Assembly: GCA_043826565.1 (NCBI GenBank)
Contig: JBDRPX010000004.1
Span: forward strand, 10,232-74,231
Source of the DNA: Candidatus Omnitrophota bacterium
GTDB lineage: Bacteria; Omnitrophota; Gorgyraeia; B26-G9
Direction: 5' to 3'
Length of the DNA stretch: 64,000 bases
Shown here one piece after another: positions 9,267 to 17,976 of the stretch (positions are counted from its first letter, which is position 1; every line of letters starts with the position of its first letter). The notes below the pieces were generated by a model. That model saw only the letters and a list, made by a program, of their open reading frames with translations, made no database searches and was not told where the DNA came from. The translations under genes were made by a program, and so were the position numbers.

Positions 9267-9335
9267 AGACTAGAGACAGCAGACTAAAGACCAAAAATAA
9301 AAGAAGTCCATAGCTGATAGTCCATGGTCCATAGT
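9267..9335. repeat. Inverted 7-nt-periodic arm element (GAC/GTC phase)
   Basis: Left arm gactaga-gacagca-gactaaa-gacc; right arm gtccata-gctgata-gtccatg-gtccata-gtc. Confidence 0.65.
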
Positions 9336-9365
9336 CGAATCATTTGGAATCTGGGATGAAATAAT

Positions 9366-10466
9366 ATGGATATAAGCCTGATATTGGGAATTTCTATAGT
9401 TGTCGGTTGTGTGATAGTTGTAATATTTTGGATGTTTAAAAATCAAAAACCGGCGAAGTCAGATAATGTCATGAGTTTATTGCAGCAGCAGGTTGATAAT
9501 TTGCGTCAGCAGGTTAGTGAATCACTTAATGCTAATGCGCAGTTAGTTAATCAGCGGTTGAGTGAGCTTAATAACAGTGTTAATCAAAATCTGCAGGCGG
9601 TAACAGAGCAAATGATTGCTTCACAAAAAACTGTGGGCGACCGGCTTGAGGGAGCTACCCATATGGTGGGGCAAGTGCAAAAAGGGTTAGGTTCTTTGAC
9701 TGAGGCGACACAGCGGATATTTGAAGTCGGCAAGGATATTGCCAGTTTGCAGGAAATTCTCCAGGCTCCCAAGATAAGGGGAGGATTAGGAGAGTTGTTT
9801 TTAGAAGATCTTTTAAAGCAAATGCTGCCTTTTGCTAATTTTCAGATGCAATATAAATTTAAGAGCGGTGTGATCGTCGATTCCGTGGTCCGCTTGGGAG
9901 AGCACCTGATTAGTGTTGATTCGAAGTTTCCTTTAGAAAATTTTCGTCGAATCATCAGCTCAGAGAATGAAGATGGAAAAAAACAAGCGCGCCGAATTTT
10001 TAAAAGTGATGTAAAAAAGCACATTGACAGTATTGCTTCTAAATATATTGTTCCTGATGAAGGAACATTTGATTTTGCGCTTATGTATATTCCCGCGGAA
10101 AATGTTTACTATGAAATGATTATTAAAGATGATGGAGACGGGGAAAACAGCTTAAGCGTCTATGCGTTGAAGAAAAAAGTTATTCCCGTAAGCCCCAATT
10201 CCTTTTACGCGTATTTGAACGCGATTGTTTTAGGGTTGAAGGGATTAAAAATAGAAAAAAATGTACAGAATATTATTCAGCACCTTGATCATTTAAATAA
10301 GGATATGGAGCGTTTCAAGAATGATTTTGAGGTATTAGGAACACATATAAGGAATTTGAGCGGTAAATACGATGAAGCTGATAAAAGGCTTAGCAAATTT
10401 GAAGGCAAACTGGTAAGTATTTGCCAGGTCGAAAACGATAACAAACTTTTAGGTGATCATGAATAG
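9366..10466 (+). CDS. rmuC: DNA recombination protein RmuC
   Basis: N-terminal TM, coiled coil, RGGLGE, VDSKFP, KYI..TFDFALMYIPAE. Confidence 0.92.
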   Translation: MDISLILGISIVVGCVIVVIFWMFKNQKPAKSDNVMSLLQQQVDNLRQQVSESLNANAQLVNQRLSELNNSVNQNLQAVTEQMIASQKTVGDRLEGATHMVGQVQKGLGSLTEATQRIFEVGKDIASLQEILQAPKIRGGLGELFLEDLLKQMLPFANFQMQYKFKSGVIVDSVVRLGEHLISVDSKFPLENFRRIISSENEDGKKQARRIFKSDVKKHIDSIASKYIVPDEGTFDFALMYIPAENVYYEMIIKDDGDGENSLSVYALKKKVIPVSPNSFYAYLNAIVLGLKGLKIEKNVQNIIQHLDHLNKDMERFKNDFEVLGTHIRNLSGKYDEADKRLSKFEGKLVSICQVENDNKLLGDHE

Positions 10467-11007
10467 TAATGGTTTTGATAGAAGGTCTTATCCTCGTTTT
10501 GTCTCAACATTACCGCTGGAAATTAGTACCCCTGATTTCCAGTTGGAGACAATAACTAAAAATTTAAGCTGCTCCGGAGTCCTTTGCCAAGTACGTCGTT
10601 TTATACCGCTCAAGACGAAATTGAAGGTTACGATGAAACTTCCGCTTGTTATCGATGAGAAAAAAGTTAAAAAGTCGGTGAGTTGCCCGGCGGTAGTTGC
10701 CAGGATTGAGCCTTCCGAAGAAATGGGAGGAGCTGCCTATAAAATCGGTATTGTGTTTTTGAGTATCGAAGGGCAAGATAGAGAATTTATTTTGCAGTTC
10801 ATCCGCCAGAAAAACCTAAAAGAGGCAAAAGAGTTAAAGCGTTTATATTTGCAGTTAAAAGAGATGGCTGCCCGGCTTACCGAATTGGAAGAATGTCATC
10901 CCACGGCGGAACATTTTAGGAAGGTTATAAGCGGTGCTATTGAGGAACTTGATGCCGCCGCGCATATCCTTGATTTTGAAATAAATGAACTCAGACATAT
11001 GGAGTAA
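10459..11007 (+). CDS. PilZ-domain protein with C-terminal helical extension
   Basis: DRRSYPR (RxxxR) and NLSCSG (NxSxxG) motifs. Confidence 0.85.
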   Translation: MNSNGFDRRSYPRFVSTLPLEISTPDFQLETITKNLSCSGVLCQVRRFIPLKTKLKVTMKLPLVIDEKKVKKSVSCPAVVARIEPSEEMGGAAYKIGIVFLSIEGQDREFILQFIRQKNLKEAKELKRLYLQLKEMAARLTELEECHPTAEHFRKVISGAIEELDAAAHILDFEINELRHME

Positions 11008-11009
11008 AT

Positions 11010-11393
11010 ATGGAACGTCAAAATCACAGTTTTGATAGAAGGTCGTGTCCTCGATATGAGACAAATCTTCAGGTTAATATTTGCGGGTTAAATTCCTCTT
11101 TTACTGCGGAAACCAAGAACATCAGCGGTTCGGGGTTGTACTGTACGGTGGATAAGTTTATACCGGTAATGACAAAATTATCATTAATTATGATTGTGCC
11201 GCTGATCGATAAAAATGCAAAAGTTGAGAAAGAAGTAAAGTGCGCGGCTGTGGTCGTTAGGATTGATCCGGACATAGAGCTTAAAACTGTTAAAAACTAT
11301 CAGTTAGGGCTTTTTTTTACGGAAATAAATGATAAAGACCGTGATATTCTTGCGCAATATATCCGGCATTCATTTCTCTCCGGGATGAATTAA
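11010..11393 (+). CDS. Stand-alone PilZ-domain protein
   Basis: DRRSCPR and NISGSG motifs; paralogous to the upstream gene. Confidence 0.85.
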   Translation: MERQNHSFDRRSCPRYETNLQVNICGLNSSFTAETKNISGSGLYCTVDKFIPVMTKLSLIMIVPLIDKNAKVEKEVKCAAVVVRIDPDIELKTVKNYQLGLFFTEINDKDRDILAQYIRHSFLSGMN

Positions 11394-11486
11394 TAAAAAG
11401 CCAGTTACCAGAAGAATTTTTGGTTACGCTTGATTAGTGTTCGCGGAACTCTTCGGTTTACTGGTTATTACTTATCGGGGGCTATT

Positions 11487-11963
11487 ATGGCAAAAGCATT
11501 AATTGCTTATTATTCACGATCCGGAAACACAAAAAAAATGGCGGAAGAAATTGCTCAGAGCCTTAAGCAAGAAGGATTATCTGTTGTTTGCCGGGAAATT
11601 ACATCAGTATCTGCCGAGGAACTTATAAATTTTGATGTTTTTATATTTGGATCCCCAACCTATTATGGAACAATGGCTTATCAAGTTAAGAAATTATTGG
11701 ATGAAAGTGTGATATTACATGGGCGCTTAGATGGGAAAATTGGAGCGGCTTTTTCTTCTTCGGCAAATATCGGAGGAGGAAATGAGACTACGGTAATGGA
11801 TATCCTGTATGCGTTTTTAATACATGGCATGATCTTACAAGGAGATGCTAAGGGTGATCATTACGGCCCGGTATCTATAGGCGCGCCGGATCAGCGCAGT
11901 ATCGCTCAATGCCGGAGGCTTGGGCAAAGAGTTGCCGGTCTGGCAAAAAAGCTTTTTAACTAA
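11487..11963 (+). CDS. Flavodoxin/WrbA-like NAD(P)H-dependent oxidoreductase
   Basis: YYSRSGNT, FGSPTYYG, GGGNET motifs. Confidence 0.88.
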   Translation: MAKALIAYYSRSGNTKKMAEEIAQSLKQEGLSVVCREITSVSAEELINFDVFIFGSPTYYGTMAYQVKKLLDESVILHGRLDGKIGAAFSSSANIGGGNETTVMDILYAFLIHGMILQGDAKGDHYGPVSIGAPDQRSIAQCRRLGQRVAGLAKKLFN

Positions 11964-11976
11964 CATATAGTTTTGT

Positions 11977-12067
11977 GCGCCCATAGCTCAATTGTCCGCC
12001 AGGTGTCCACAGAAGGGCGAGACCTCGCCATGTGTGACTGCGAAGATATGGCTTGGCGGGGATAGAG
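11977..12067 (+). pseudogene. Truncated tRNA-Arg-like 5' fragment with a 66-nt hairpin insertion in the D-loop
   Basis: GCGCCCATAGCTCAATTG[insert 11995-12060]GATAGAG; no anticodon or T arm follows. Confidence 0.65.
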
Positions 12068-12096
12068 AGTGTGAAAATTGTTTTTGTTAGTTCTTT

Positions 12097-12169
12097 GCGC
12101 CTGTAGCTCAATGGATAGAGCACTAGTCTTCGGAACTAGGAGTTGTCCGTTCGAGTCGGACCAGGCGCG
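12097..12169 (+). tRNA. tRNA-Arg(TCG), CCA not encoded
   Basis: Acceptor GCGCCTG/CAGGCGC; anticodon arm CTAGT-CTTCGGA-ACTAG; GTTCGAG T loop. Confidence 0.93.
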
Positions 12170-12176
12170 CTTATTC

Positions 12177-12205
12177 TTGACCTTAAGTTTATTTTTTGTT
12201 ATAAT
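12177..12205 (+). promoter_or_regulatory. Sigma70-type promoter for tRNA-Lys
   Basis: TTGACC-17 nt-TATAAT, 22 nt upstream of the tRNA. Confidence 0.8.
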
Positions 12206-12227
12206 TTAAACTTCCGAAAGAATCGGA

Positions 12228-12303
12228 GGGCCGTTAGCTCAATCGGTAGAGCATCTGACTCTTAATCAGGGGGTTGAAGGTTCGAGTCCTTCACGGCCCA
12301 CCA
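12228..12303 (+). tRNA. tRNA-Lys(CTT)
   Basis: GGGCCGT/ACGGCCC acceptor; TCTGA-CTCTTAA-TCAGG anticodon arm; CCA encoded. Confidence 0.95.
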
Positions 12304-12339
12304 ATTGTATCCTATAGTAAAGGTGGTGAAGCTTCTGTG

Positions 12340-13020
12340 ATGAAAGATATACAGGAACAGTTTGAACTGTTTGAAAAGGTAAATAATAAATACCGCAGCA
12401 TAGGAGATGTATTTGTTTTACTATTAATCGTTGTTTTGTTTGTGCAGATCGGTGTTATGGGGTATTTTATTACTAATATTGATACTGCCGAAATACAAGA
12501 AAAACTGGTAAAAAGAAGTATTGAGGTTGTCCCGGTTCTGCGGGATGAGATTAGTGATACTTTAAGAGAAGTTATTCCGGTATATGCCGAGGAGTTTAAA
12601 CAAAAAGTAGAAAAGCGTATGCCGGAATTTGAGGCGAAGCTTGAAAAAGAAAGCGGAGAATTTGTTGCCGGTTTTGAAAAAAAGATTTTGCCGAAAGCAG
12701 AAGCAAAAATTGATATATTAAGTGAGCGTACATTAGCCGTAATCCTAGAGGAATTTCCGGAATTGCAGGATTCGGAAAACACAGAAAATGTTGTAAAGAA
12801 TTTAAAAGAAGCTTTAGTCATTGCTTTTGCGGATATCTTTACGGATAAGCTCTCAAAAGCGGATAAGATCTTTAGGGGAATTAAAGAAAAACTTGATAAG
12901 ATGCATAAAGGTAACTTACAAATTGAAGATAATGTTGAAATAAAACTTCTTGCAGTTACTTTTCAATTAGCCGGTAAACGAATCGCGGAAGAAATTAGCC
13001 AGATGGAAAGCGGAAACTAA
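12340..13020 (+). CDS. Hypothetical single-TM all-helical protein
   Basis: Long ORF, one N-terminal hydrophobic segment then Glu/Lys-rich amphipathic helices; start moved out of the tRNA. Confidence 0.7.
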   Translation: MKDIQEQFELFEKVNNKYRSIGDVFVLLLIVVLFVQIGVMGYFITNIDTAEIQEKLVKRSIEVVPVLRDEISDTLREVIPVYAEEFKQKVEKRMPEFEAKLEKESGEFVAGFEKKILPKAEAKIDILSERTLAVILEEFPELQDSENTENVVKNLKEALVIAFADIFTDKLSKADKIFRGIKEKLDKMHKGNLQIEDNVEIKLLAVTFQLAGKRIAEEISQMESGN

Positions 13021-13036
13021 TTGGATCGGATAAAAA

Positions 13037-13090
13037 AGACCTCTCACTCTAAAAGAGTTCGAGGTTAATTTGTTAATGCAAATTAAGGAG
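13037..13090 (+). repeat. Two-hairpin + SD leader motif, copy 1
   Basis: AGACCTCTC-ACTCTAAAAGAGT-TCGAGGT-TAATTTGT-TAAT-GCAAATTA-AGGAG. Confidence 0.85.
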
Positions 13091-13096
13091 TTTGTG

Positions 13097-13777
13097 ATGG
13101 GGCAGGAAAATAGCACGGTTTTGCTAATAGAGCAGAAGATTGAAAAACTGCAGAAAAAGATAAAAAGAAACACTATCGTTTTCTTGGTATTGCTTATTGC
13201 GGTGATCATTCACTCTGCGTATACTTGTGTCTGGACTCACGAAATGACAAAGCCGGAGATGATTGTCGATGCTTTGTACGGAAAAGTTCTCTTGTCTACT
13301 CCGGAAATTGGAAAGAACACAAGGAAATATTTAATAGAAAATGCAGCGGTTATTACCGATAATGTGCTTGATCAAAGTCTTGGGGTTTTACCGCAGATGC
13401 GTTTGCTTGCTTTAAGGCAAGCTGATATTTTGACGACAAAATTATTCAATGAGGCAATTCGTGATGTAGAGCAGGTAACCCGGGATATGCTCACAGAAAA
13501 TAAAGATAAGCTTAGGGAAGGTATTGAAAGCGGGCTAAAAGAAGAAAATGTCAGTGCTCTTTCTCTGAAGATCGTCTCTGAAGTTGAAGGGTCATTAGAT
13601 CCCTGGGTTGATGAAATGATCAACTCTTTAGAAGTTAACTTGGAAAGTATAAATAATCAGCTGGATCAGATGGATAATAAACGCCGTTTAACAAAAGAAG
13701 AACAGTTGGAGCAGCGGTTTATTGAGTTATGGTTTCAATTGATGGCGAAATATTTTCCGGAAAAGAAACAATTATAA
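13097..13777 (+). CDS. Hypothetical single-TM all-helical protein
   Basis: AAGGAG SD supplied by the leader motif; TM near the N-terminus, helical remainder. Confidence 0.72.
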   Translation: MGQENSTVLLIEQKIEKLQKKIKRNTIVFLVLLIAVIIHSAYTCVWTHEMTKPEMIVDALYGKVLLSTPEIGKNTRKYLIENAAVITDNVLDQSLGVLPQMRLLALRQADILTTKLFNEAIRDVEQVTRDMLTENKDKLREGIESGLKEENVSALSLKIVSEVEGSLDPWVDEMINSLEVNLESINNQLDQMDNKRRLTKEEQLEQRFIELWFQLMAKYFPEKKQL

Positions 13778-13781
13778 TCAG

Positions 13782-13866
13782 GCGGACGTGGCGGAATTGG
13801 CATACGCGTACGGCTTAGGACCGTATCCCTTCGGGGATGAGAGTTCAACTCTCTCCGTCCGCACCA
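13782..13866 (+). tRNA. tRNA-Leu(TAG)
   Basis: GCGGACG/CGTCCGC acceptor; TACGG-CTTAGGA-CCGTA; long variable arm; CCA. Confidence 0.95.
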
Positions 13867-13868
13867 AG

Positions 13869-14016
13869 TAGTTTGTAGCTCATAGCTGATGGTTCATAGT
13901 CAAAAGAAAAATGCTAAATAAAAAATTATTATTTATCATTATTTTGAAAATCCTATCAGTTAATTTTATACAGTTGTATTTTTTACTATGAGCAATAAAC
14001 TATGAGCCATAAGCTA
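13869..14016. repeat. Inverted 7-nt-periodic arm element between tRNA-Leu and tRNA-Gly
   Basis: Left arm tagtttg-tagctca-tagctga-tggttca-tag; right arm ctatgag-caataaa-ctatgag-ccataag-cta. Confidence 0.78.
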
Positions 14017-14024
14017 ATAAATAC

Positions 14025-14099
14025 GCGGCGGTAATTCAGTGGTAGAATGTCTGCTTGCCAAGCAGAATGTCGAGGGTTCGACCCCCTTCCGCCGCTCCA
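14025..14099 (+). tRNA. tRNA-Gly(GCC)
   Basis: GCGGCGG/CCGCCGC acceptor; TCTGC-TTGCCAA-GCAGA; CCA. Confidence 0.95.
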
Positions 14100-14254
14100 A
14101 ATTTGTGCCCTCCTATGGGGGGCGAAGCAAGCTGAGCGCCGAGCAAGTGCGAGGAACAGCGAGCAGGACTGCGAGTGACAGCTAAGCGGGTGGGCCTGCG
14201 CAATCCCGCATAGGACATGCGGGATGTAGTAGGCGACCCCCTTCCGCCGCTCCA
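14079..14254 (+). mobile_element. Miniature tRNA-Gly-integrated element or remnant flanked by 21-bp direct repeats
   Basis: CGACCCCCTTCCGCCGCTCCA at 14079-14099 and 14234-14254; GC-rich 134-bp interior. Confidence 0.75.
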
Positions 14255-14260
14255 TTTTTT

Positions 14261-14295
14261 AGATAATCACAGATGTTTTTCATCTGTGATTATCT
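14261..14295. repeat. Perfect 15-bp inverted repeat
   Basis: AGATAATCACAGATG-TTTTT-CATCTGTGATTATCT. Confidence 0.8.
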
Positions 14296-14335
14296 GTTCA
14301 TAAAGAGAAATAAAAAAGAAAGCGAGTTGATATTA

Positions 14336-15610
14336 GTGAAAGTAAAAGTAAAAAGTTCCGCAAAATGTCAGAAAGTATTAGAAATTGAGGTTCCGCAAGA
14401 AGCAATTAAAGAAGAATTCAATGAGTTTTATAAAAATCTGAGCAAATCAGCACAAGTTCCCGGATTTAGAAAGGGTAAAGCGCCTCGTCATATTCTGGAG
14501 AAATTCTATGCGGCTAAAGCCCATGAGGAAGTGTTGACTAATCTGGTTAATGATAGTTATAAGAAAGCGATAGAAAAAGAAAAGATCAATCCGGTTACTT
14601 TTCCGGAGGTTTCTGATGTTAATTTTGCTCAGGATGGGAATTTAACTTTTCAAACTACAATTGATGTGCGTCCGGAGTTTTCTTTAAAAGGGTATAAAGG
14701 TGTAAAGATAAAAAAGAATTCCGCGGTGGTTAAGGATGATGATATTAAACAAGTGCTGACTTTTTTGCAGGAGCGGTATGCTCAATTTACTCCGGTTGAG
14801 GACAGAGCGGTAACGAAAGGTGATTACATTATTTGTGATTACAGTTATGCGGTGGAAGAAAAAGTTTTAGAACAAAAAGAAAATGCCTGGATTTTTGTGG
14901 ATGATAAAATGTTCATCCCGGGGATATCTAAAGAATTATCCGGAGTGGAAGCCGGACAGACTAAAGAATTTGAACTCAAGCTTCCGGAGCATTTTCGTCC
15001 GGAAGAGTTTGCCAAAAAATCTGCCAAGTTTTGTTTTTCTGTGAAAGAAATAAAACAGAAAAAACTGCCGGATCTGGATGATGAATTTGCTAAGGTTGTT
15101 GGCCAAAAATCGATCGATGAATTGAAAGCTCACGTAAAAGAAGATCTTACTAAAGAAAAAGAAATGCAGATAAAACTGGATATGAAAAACCAGCTTGTGG
15201 ATGCTTTGGTCCAGGCCATGTCTTTTGATGTTCCGCCGTCATTGGTAAAGGAGCGGGAGCAGCTGCTTAAGGATAAGACCAGACAGAAATTCAAACAGCA
15301 GGGATTTGATGATAAGCAGATTGAAGAAGAAGAGAAAAAACTGACTGAAGAATTTAAGACAGAAGCATTAAAACAGATAAAAATATATTTTATTCTTGAG
15401 GAGATATCTAAACAGGAAAAGATTTCGGTTACGGCCCAAGAGATGGATCAGAGGCTTGAGTTAATTGCTAAATCTTATAATCAGGCTAAAGATGAGTTAT
15501 TGAAATATTTACAGGAAAAGAAGCTGCTGGATAATATCCATTGGGAATTATGGGAAGAAAAAGTCATTACTTTTCTCATTGATAATGCAAGTGTAGAAGA
15601 AAAAAAATAA
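14336..15610 (+). CDS. tig: Trigger factor
   Basis: VPGFRKGKAP signature, FKBP-like middle domain, upstream of clpP. Confidence 0.95.
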   Translation: MKVKVKSSAKCQKVLEIEVPQEAIKEEFNEFYKNLSKSAQVPGFRKGKAPRHILEKFYAAKAHEEVLTNLVNDSYKKAIEKEKINPVTFPEVSDVNFAQDGNLTFQTTIDVRPEFSLKGYKGVKIKKNSAVVKDDDIKQVLTFLQERYAQFTPVEDRAVTKGDYIICDYSYAVEEKVLEQKENAWIFVDDKMFIPGISKELSGVEAGQTKEFELKLPEHFRPEEFAKKSAKFCFSVKEIKQKKLPDLDDEFAKVVGQKSIDELKAHVKEDLTKEKEMQIKLDMKNQLVDALVQAMSFDVPPSLVKEREQLLKDKTRQKFKQQGFDDKQIEEEEKKLTEEFKTEALKQIKIYFILEEISKQEKISVTAQEMDQRLELIAKSYNQAKDELLKYLQEKKLLDNIHWELWEEKVITFLIDNASVEEKK

Positions 15611-15726
15611 CGATTACCCTGATACCAGAGCTCGCAGATAACTCGCTCGGTATAGGGTTTAATTCGCGTAATTCACTTATGTTGCTAAAGCTTCCATAAG
15701 TGAAACGCTCATTAAAGGAGGTTGTG

Positions 15727-16341
15727 ATGAAGGAACAGAATCAAATGTTAGTGCCGATGGTTGTAGAGCAGACCAGTCGTGGAGAACGAGCATATGATAT
15801 TTACTCACGATTATTAAAAGATAGGATTATTTTTATCGGAACCGCGATTGATGATATGGTCGCTAACCTGGTTATTGCGCAAATGCTATTTTTACAGATG
15901 GAAGATCCGGATAAAGATATTAATATCTACATTAATTCCCCGGGAGGTGTTGTTACTGCGGGCTTGGCTATTTATGATACGATGCAGTTTGTCAAATGTG
16001 ATGTTAACACTTATTGCGTCGGGCAAGCCGCGAGCATGGGGGCGGTTCTTTTAGCTGCCGGGGAAAAAGGTAAGCGGTTTATCCTGCCTAATGCGCGGGT
16101 TATGATTCATCAGCCCTGGGGTGGAACGCAGGGAGCAGCTTCGGATATAAGTATTCAGGCCCAGGAAATTTTAAAATTGCGGGATAATCTGAATGGAATT
16201 TTAAGCCGTCATACCGGTCAGCCGATTGACAAAATTGCCAAGGATACCGACAGGGATTATTTCATGTCTGCGGAAGAGTCAGTAGCCTATGGAATTATTG
16301 ATAGTGTAATCTCAAGTGAGCTGGATCAAAAGAAGAAATAG
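15727..16341 (+). CDS. clpP: ATP-dependent Clp protease proteolytic subunit
   Basis: [32 protein letters not shown] motifs. Confidence 0.97.
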   Translation: MKEQNQMLVPMVVEQTSRGERAYDIYSRLLKDRIIFIGTAIDDMVANLVIAQMLFLQMEDPDKDINIYINSPGGVVTAGLAIYDTMQFVKCDVNTYCVGQAASMGAVLLAAGEKGKRFILPNARVMIHQPWGGTQGAASDISIQAQEILKLRDNLNGILSRHTGQPIDKIAKDTDRDYFMSAEESVAYGIIDSVISSELDQKKK

Positions 16342-16363
16342 AACTTTACCGGAGGTAAGATCT

Positions 16364-17941
16364 GTGAAGATACTAATAAGTGATCCTTTATCGGAAGAAG
16401 GAATAAAGATTTTAAGAGATAGAGGTCTTGCTTTTGATTTGAAACCAAAATTATCTCCGGAAGAATTAAAAAGTATTATCAGTGAGTATGATGCTTTGAT
16501 TATCAGAAGCGGAACAAAAGTAACTGCTGAGATTATCAAGGCTACTAAGAATCTTAAAGTTATCGGCCGGGCCGGAGTCGGTGTCGATAATGTGGATGTT
16601 GATGCGGCTACTCAAAAAGGGATCGTGGTAATGAATACTCCCGGCGGCAATACGATATCTACCGCAGAACATACCGTCAGTATGCTGCTTGCTTTAAATC
16701 GTAATATCCCTCAGGCAAATATTTCTTTAAAACAAGGACAATGGGAACGTAAAAAATTCCAAGGCAAGGAACTTTCTAAAAAGACATTAGGCATTATCGG
16801 CTTAGGCAGAATTGGTTTTGAAGTTGCTAAACGTGTGCAGTCCTTTGGGATGAAGGTTATCGCATATGATCCTTTCTTGTCCACAAAAAAAGCTCAACAG
16901 GTAGATATTGAGCTGGTTGAGCTTGATGAATTATTTAAACGTTCCGACTACTTGACTGTACATACACCTTTAAGTGATGAAACACGTCATATGATCGGAA
17001 AAAGTCAGTTTGATCAGATGAAAAAGGGAGTGAAGATCCTTAATTGCGCGCGCGGCGGTATCGTTGATGAAAAAGCACTTTATGAGGCGATAAAAAATGG
17101 AGTTGTTTCCGGAGCTGCTTTAGATGTTTTTGAGCAGGAACCGCCGGTAGATAATCCGCTGATAGGTTTAGATAGTGTTATTGCCACGCCTCATTTAGGC
17201 GCTTCGACCGATGAAGCCCAGGTGAATGTTGCGGTTGAGATTGCTCAGCAGGTCGCGGATATCTTAGAAGGTAAAGGAATTCGAAATGCCGTGAATTATC
17301 CCTGTATTGAAGGCGAAACATGTACTATTTTGGAACCTTATATGCGGCTGGCGGAAAAGCTGGGTTCTTTGCAAGCGCAGATTATTACTGGACATATCAA
17401 CAAAGTGAGTATAAAATATGGGGGAGAGATTGTAGGTCAGGAAGTCGCTCCTATAACAGTGGCGCTTATAAAAGGGTTACTGACCCCCATATTGCAGGAA
17501 TCAATAAATTTTGTTAATGCTCCATTTATTGCTAAAGAGCGGGGCATAGCGGTTAGTGAGACCAAAATTCTTGAAACAGAAGAATTTGCTAACCTGATCG
17601 GGGTTGAAGTTGAAACCGATCAGGGGAAGACATTTGTTGCCGGAACTTTGTTTTCTAAAAATAATCCGCGAATTGTCAGGATTAACGAGTTTTATATTGA
17701 TTCAATCCCGGAAGGTTACATGATCATAACTCATAATCACGACAAGCCGGGAATTGTGGGAGAAATCGGGACAATTCTTGGTGAGAATAACATCAATATC
17801 GGAGCCATGAATTTCGGCAGAACAGCTCCCGGAGGAGAATCCTTGGTGGTTTTGAATGTTGATGGAAATGTTTCCCGTGAAATTTTAGAAAAAATTAAAA
17901 ATAGTGAAAATGTACTTGATATTAAACTCATCAAGCTTTGA
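16364..17941 (+). CDS. serA: D-3-phosphoglycerate dehydrogenase (type I, ASB+ACT domains)
   Basis: GRAGVGVDN, GLGRIG, NCARGG, TPHLGAST, C-terminal DKPGIVG ACT domain. Confidence 0.95.
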   Translation: MKILISDPLSEEGIKILRDRGLAFDLKPKLSPEELKSIISEYDALIIRSGTKVTAEIIKATKNLKVIGRAGVGVDNVDVDAATQKGIVVMNTPGGNTISTAEHTVSMLLALNRNIPQANISLKQGQWERKKFQGKELSKKTLGIIGLGRIGFEVAKRVQSFGMKVIAYDPFLSTKKAQQVDIELVELDELFKRSDYLTVHTPLSDETRHMIGKSQFDQMKKGVKILNCARGGIVDEKALYEAIKNGVVSGAALDVFEQEPPVDNPLIGLDSVIATPHLGASTDEAQVNVAVEIAQQVADILEGKGIRNAVNYPCIEGETCTILEPYMRLAEKLGSLQAQIITGHINKVSIKYGGEIVGQEVAPITVALIKGLLTPILQESINFVNAPFIAKERGIAVSETKILETEEFANLIGVEVETDQGKTFVAGTLFSKNNPRIVRINEFYIDSIPEGYMIITHNHDKPGIVGEIGTILGENNINIGAMNFGRTAPGGESLVVLNVDGNVSREILEKIKNSENVLDIKLIKL

Positions 17942-17976
17942 TATGGAAACCTTTAACTTTAGATAAGGGGTGGAGG

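Noticed and set aside
11977-12169. Split or spliced tRNA joining the 5' fragment to the downstream tRNA-Arg body
   Set aside because: GCGCCCA does not fully pair with the CAGGCGC 3' strand, and no matching 3' half with a T arm is in the window
12274-12339. Upstream TTG start given in the ORF track
   Set aside because: Overlaps tRNA-Lys; ATG12340 is more plausible
13986-14255. Minus-strand ORFs of 89 aa and 60 aa
   Set aside because: Antisense to tRNA-Gly and its duplicated 3' end; shadow ORFs
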